DNA of 64,000 nt, taken from positions 2,434,644 through 2,498,643 of the forward strand of contig NW_015165830.1 in assembly GCF_001447785.1 (NCBI RefSeq). Reading direction: 5' to 3'. A program made the translations under genes and the position numbers. The stretch is from Gekko japonicus. Taxonomy: Eukaryota. The first letter of the stretch is position 1, and each line of letters begins with the position of its first letter. The notes under the pieces were generated by a model that saw nothing but the letters and a program-made list of their open reading frames with translations, made no database searches and was not told the DNA's origin. This document shows positions 59,586 to 64,000 of the stretch, one piece after another.

Positions 59586-60949
59586 GATGTTCAACGAAGC
59601 AGATTTTGTCCAAGCAGCCTGGCAAACACTTGTGTTCCTGAGGAGGCAGAAAGATTAAAGGTGTACTCCTACTAAACATGAACTCCTTATACTCACTTCT
59701 GAGTCAACATGCCTAAGAGCTCACTGTACAAGGGTGGCAGCATCATGAAGCAATGCGCCTGCTTCTCACTAGCAAAAAACCTCCAGATCAGAATTATTTT
59801 TAACTGCCATGTTAGCAATAGAATTTTTGAGCTATTGGTACAACAACAGAATCCTTGAACTGTCCACTCTCCAACCCAGCTTATGGTGGAAGTACTGTGT
59901 CCCAGGGAAAACATTTGGTCACCATGGCCCTTGGACTGTTGCCAAGACTGCTGAAGTTCACACTAGTCGTACAGGAGGATTTTGTAACATAACAGCCTAC
60001 CACCTATTTACAAAGGATATCAGGAACCCTGGACAAATCCATTTCCTATAGTCTCCAGCTTTTAGGATGCCGCTACCGCAGCATAAATGCATTCAGTGCC
60101 TGGGAGAGTGAAGAAACATCCCTCTCTCTCCCCATCACAACAGCAGCAACTGCGGCTGCTGTCACCAAATAAGAGAGTTTGGGGCCCTATGGAGGAGAAA
60201 TAAATTATGCACAAATTTACAATTTTTCATATACAATTATGCACAAATTGACAGGTTTTCCAGACATTCTCTAACACTTCTTGAAATTGCTTGCCTCATT
60301 CTAAATCAAGCATGCTTCAATCTGCCTATCAGTATCAATTTCCTGGAACTGTCCTTCAGATATCTAGCAATATGCCTCACTGGGAGCAATATAGCGTGTC
60401 ACTGCATCCTGCAGCAAAAGCCAAATCACCCAATGTCAAGGTGATGGCCAAAGTTTGTCTTTCTCACCACAGTCTTATCCTGAAGCTCAGGAATTTACTT
60501 TCCCCCAACGAATGAACTAGTTACATACGAAACAGCAAAGAAGTCTATTTGGGGACATCTAACCTGCTCCTACTGACATTAACGATTTCTGCCATGGGGA
60601 ATTGAGCATTCATGTCTATGGATTCCTGTCACAGGTCATTCATGAGTGTAACAAAATGCTGGAATAAAATTAGCAATTTTTTTGGTTTGTTTTTAGAACA
60701 TACACGTTCACTGTCTGCCTAAAGAGTAACAACATCTCACTTTTTCTTCCCTAACAGGCTCTGTGCCTTTAACAAGGGTGTGATATGCAGAAATTCAACA
60801 GGTGACACTTTCTCCGTCATTAGCCACTCTAGTGGGGAAATCTGCACCTTTTGGAAGTCCTGCCAGTCGACACGCTGTTAAAAGACTATGTTAGGGAAGA
60901 ACCCACCCGGAGTGGTTTAGAATTCTCAAGTTTTCTCTGAGGCAGGTTA

Positions 60950-61650
60950 GTTTTTATTGTATAATGGCCAGCCCGTGTGTCGGCGCAAAGCAGAAATTTG
61001 GAAGGTTGGCTCCCCTCGCCTTGTCCTTCGGCAATCTCTGGCAGCTATCACCGCACACGTGGCAACCACGTCTTCCTCCACGCCCAGGAACTCCAAAAAT
61101 CCCCTGGCAGGAGGGTCACGTCAAGCGCCCAGGGAGGCTCCTCCCAGCCGCACACTCCTGCCAAGCAGCAGCACCTGACACTACCAGCCCCACCCGCCTT
61201 GAGCAGCCCTGACTCGAGCAGCTTTCCGGGAGAGGGAAGAAAAGCAAGGCTGGTGGGCACAGGCACGCAGCCGCTTCCCTGCTGGGGATCTGGGTAGGCG
61301 CGAAGAATGCAGCCCCGAAACAAAGCGCGTCTCCCGGTTAGGAGAGGAGGCGGCTGCTGTCACCAGCACCACACTCACCTTGCCCACTCGCCGTCCAATG
61401 CCAGCCACTTCCGCGCCCGCCTCCTCTCGGAGTCTTCTTCTCGGCCAGGTCAGAGAGGAACAACGAAGAACTGCGTACTAGCAAGAGCGGCTCGGAAGTG
61501 GCGGGGAAAGGACCAGACATCGCCCTCTGGAGGTGGTGGTGGTTCAAAGCGGACTAGGAGGTCTTTTTGGCGGACGGGTAGGAAAGATAAGAAAAGGACG
61601 CATGTTAAGTCCCTGGAAGCGCGCGGGGTGGGGGTACTGTGTCGTGCCTA
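60950..61650. promoter_or_regulatory. CpG-rich LRRC59 promoter with probable non-coding first exon (ending at 61379)
   Basis: CpG-dense; CGGAAGTG ETS motifs on both strands (~61406-61413 minus, 61493-61500 plus); minus donor AAG|gtgagt at 61378; matching acceptor tctttctgcctcctcag at 59638, 52 nt upstream of the ATG. Confidence 0.7.
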
Positions 61651-64000
61651 CTGATTTAGCAGTGTGCCAGCATAAACGTTTTAAGCTTCCACTTTATGGA
61701 ATGTGTAAGCGGGGATGAGGCAGACAAGGAGAAAAGGTCTATGCATGTCATTGTGGGGACTGGGTTCAGTGTGTGTGTGTTGGAGGGGAATAGAAGTTTT
61801 TCCAAATTCCCAGTTATCTGTTTATTCGGTATATCACCAGCCCAATTACAGACAATACAAAAAAGGGTAACAATTATATATATATATATATAATATTTAA
61901 ATATAAAACTGTGTTTAATCTGCATATGTTAATTTCAAAATTACTAAAACTCTAAATTTCTACAATACTCTTATCAGGAGTAGAAGTTTGTGACCTTGAA
62001 ACTTCAGGATTATGTGGGCAAGCAAAAGATAAAAGTTTGACCCAATCAGTACATTCTGCCCCTCAGAAAATGCCTATGCTCTTTTGCCACCACACTTTAG
62101 CAAAATATAGAAAGGCCCTCAGTGTGAGTGCCCCTTCTGAGGAGAAAAAAGTTGTAAAGGGCACCAGATTTGCAAATGTTAACAGCTGGATGCATCTGTT
62201 TTTTAAATCATTTTTTTTAAAAATTCAGAGCACAAAAATTATCTTCCTCACGGTCTAAAGTTTTAGACCACGCAAGCCTGCATAGACTTTAATGTGCTTA
62301 AACAGGTATTGATTGTCTACTGAAATCAATCAACTGTAAAGCATGCTTATCTAAATTACATTGAAAGATTAGTGTGTATGACAGAAACAAAACAATGTAT
62401 GATGCGGCTTACCTCTCATCCAGCCTCTGATTTTGTAAGCATTTCTCTTTCTATCTTGTTGACTAAGACCAGTTTCTCTCTACCAGTCACATGAGGCCCA
62501 GAATTGAGTTTTGGGCCACCTCCAAGGCAAAAGCGGAGAGCTGCAGAGGGCAGAATCAGGCATAACCCCACATATCCTGTTCACACTAACTGGGATCAAC
62601 AGTAGCATAAGGGAGACATACATTTCTCTGTCCCTTTATATAGACTTCTTTTCCACATGCAGATTCTTAGCATTGTTTCCCTGATGATGGGCTCTGTTGC
62701 TAAAAAATACACTGGAAACATTCATGGTTGAAAAAGTCTTTCTCCTCAGTTAAGGAATAATGGCCTGACATCTTCCCTGCAGACGACAGATCAAGTGATG
62801 GTGATTATGCCCTGGAAAAATACAACCAGTTGTCATGTAATGGTATATAAATAAATGAACAACTGATTTTAATAAATCTGTTATCTAATGATGAGAGTGC
62901 ACATAAAGAAAACCATCAAAAGACAACCTTAAATCCATGTTGAAGCTTGAAATCTTGTAAGCTGATTCTGTCCATATTCACTCCATAGTAAATCCCACTG
63001 GGTTTAATGGAACACTCTTAAGCAAGCACACACTGATTTTGTAGCCCTAAAACTGAACATTTTCCTTTAAGGTGGCTTTGGGCCATATATCCTGGCAGCC
63101 CACTTCACATCTCTATCTTAAGGAGATAGATTTGGCAGAAGCATCAAACCTTGTGGGACAAAGGTGCTTACCACACAGATGTTCTAGTTATAAAAGTGCT
63201 AATTGCCTCAATATATTCTCATAACAATAGAGAACAAAGTACAGATGACATTTAAACTGTAGATTGAAAGTGAGCTTCAGAAACATGGTATCTGCAGGAT
63301 CAGCACATGCAAGTATCATTGGCAGGGAACCTGAAGGGGAAAATGCCCTGTCTCTTTAATAGAAGTTTAACAGGGTGTTACTTTCCAGGATATATTTATC
63401 CCTATGTAGAGTTGCCACCCTCCAGGTGATGTCTGGAGACCTTCCAGCATTATAACTATCACCAGCCTGCAGAGATCAGTTCTCCTGGGGTTGCTTCAAA
63501 GAGTCGATTCTGTGGATACTTCCGCCTTGCCTCTGCCTTGCCTTGTGCTGGACTCCATTGAGCCAGGGGAACTGAATCACCTTGCATGAGGCTCAGCTGG
63601 GCCAGGTGTCACTGTCTGCCTTGCCTCATGTGAGGCTTGTCCCAGGTGCTGCCATTTGCATTGCCTAACACAGGGCTTAGCCAGGCTGGGTGTCAGTGTC
63701 TGGCTTACCTCACCCAGGCTGAGTCAGGGGTTGCCACCTCCCCTGTCTTGCATTGCACATAGGCCTGGCAGACCAGGCTCTGTCTCTCCTACCTCACTTT
63801 AGGTTGGTTGGGCTCCACTTCTCCTGCCTTGTGCATGTTGGAAAAGGCAATGCCTGGTGTTCAGAGAAGAAGACCAGGAAGGGGGCAGCAAGAAGACAAT
63901 TAGATAGGCTAGTGAGGACAGTACCTTCTGTCTCCTGTTAAGTGTCATTCCTTGTCTGTCTCCAGTTTGCTACTCTTAGGGCAATTCCCCCCTTCTTCTC

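Overview
Vertebrate (squamate reptile, probably gecko, judged from the SINE families) nuclear DNA carrying the conserved three-gene cluster MRPL27 (minus, 4 coding exons, 150 aa), EME1 (plus, 8 coding exons, 580 aa) and LRRC59 (minus, 7 coding exons, 305 aa). All three were reconstructed by hand with GT-AG introns and consistent phases. MRPL27 and EME1 share a bidirectional CpG-rich promoter. The rest is dense in transposons: a decayed 8-kb Tf1/sushi-type chromovirus (Gypsy) LTR element with a 5-bp TSD between the convergent EME1 and LRRC59 3' ends, CR1/L2/other LINE fragments, Penelope-like fragments with hammerhead motifs, Sauria, Squam3-like and 5S-derived SINEs, and many hAT MITEs with 8-bp TSDs. 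The most notable observations are: (1) two independent captures of local DNA by transposons (a CR1 whose 5' end carries an inverted copy of sequence 12.5 kb away, and a compound hAT element carrying a near-identical copy of sequence 31 kb away); (2) a self-priming PBS/LTR complementarity and a PEG10-like -1 frameshift signal in the Gypsy element; (3) a near-intact hammerhead ribozyme insert between 56-bp direct repeats. I see no evidence of a new protein-coding system. TE family names come from motif recognition, not database searches, and identity figures are counted by eye.
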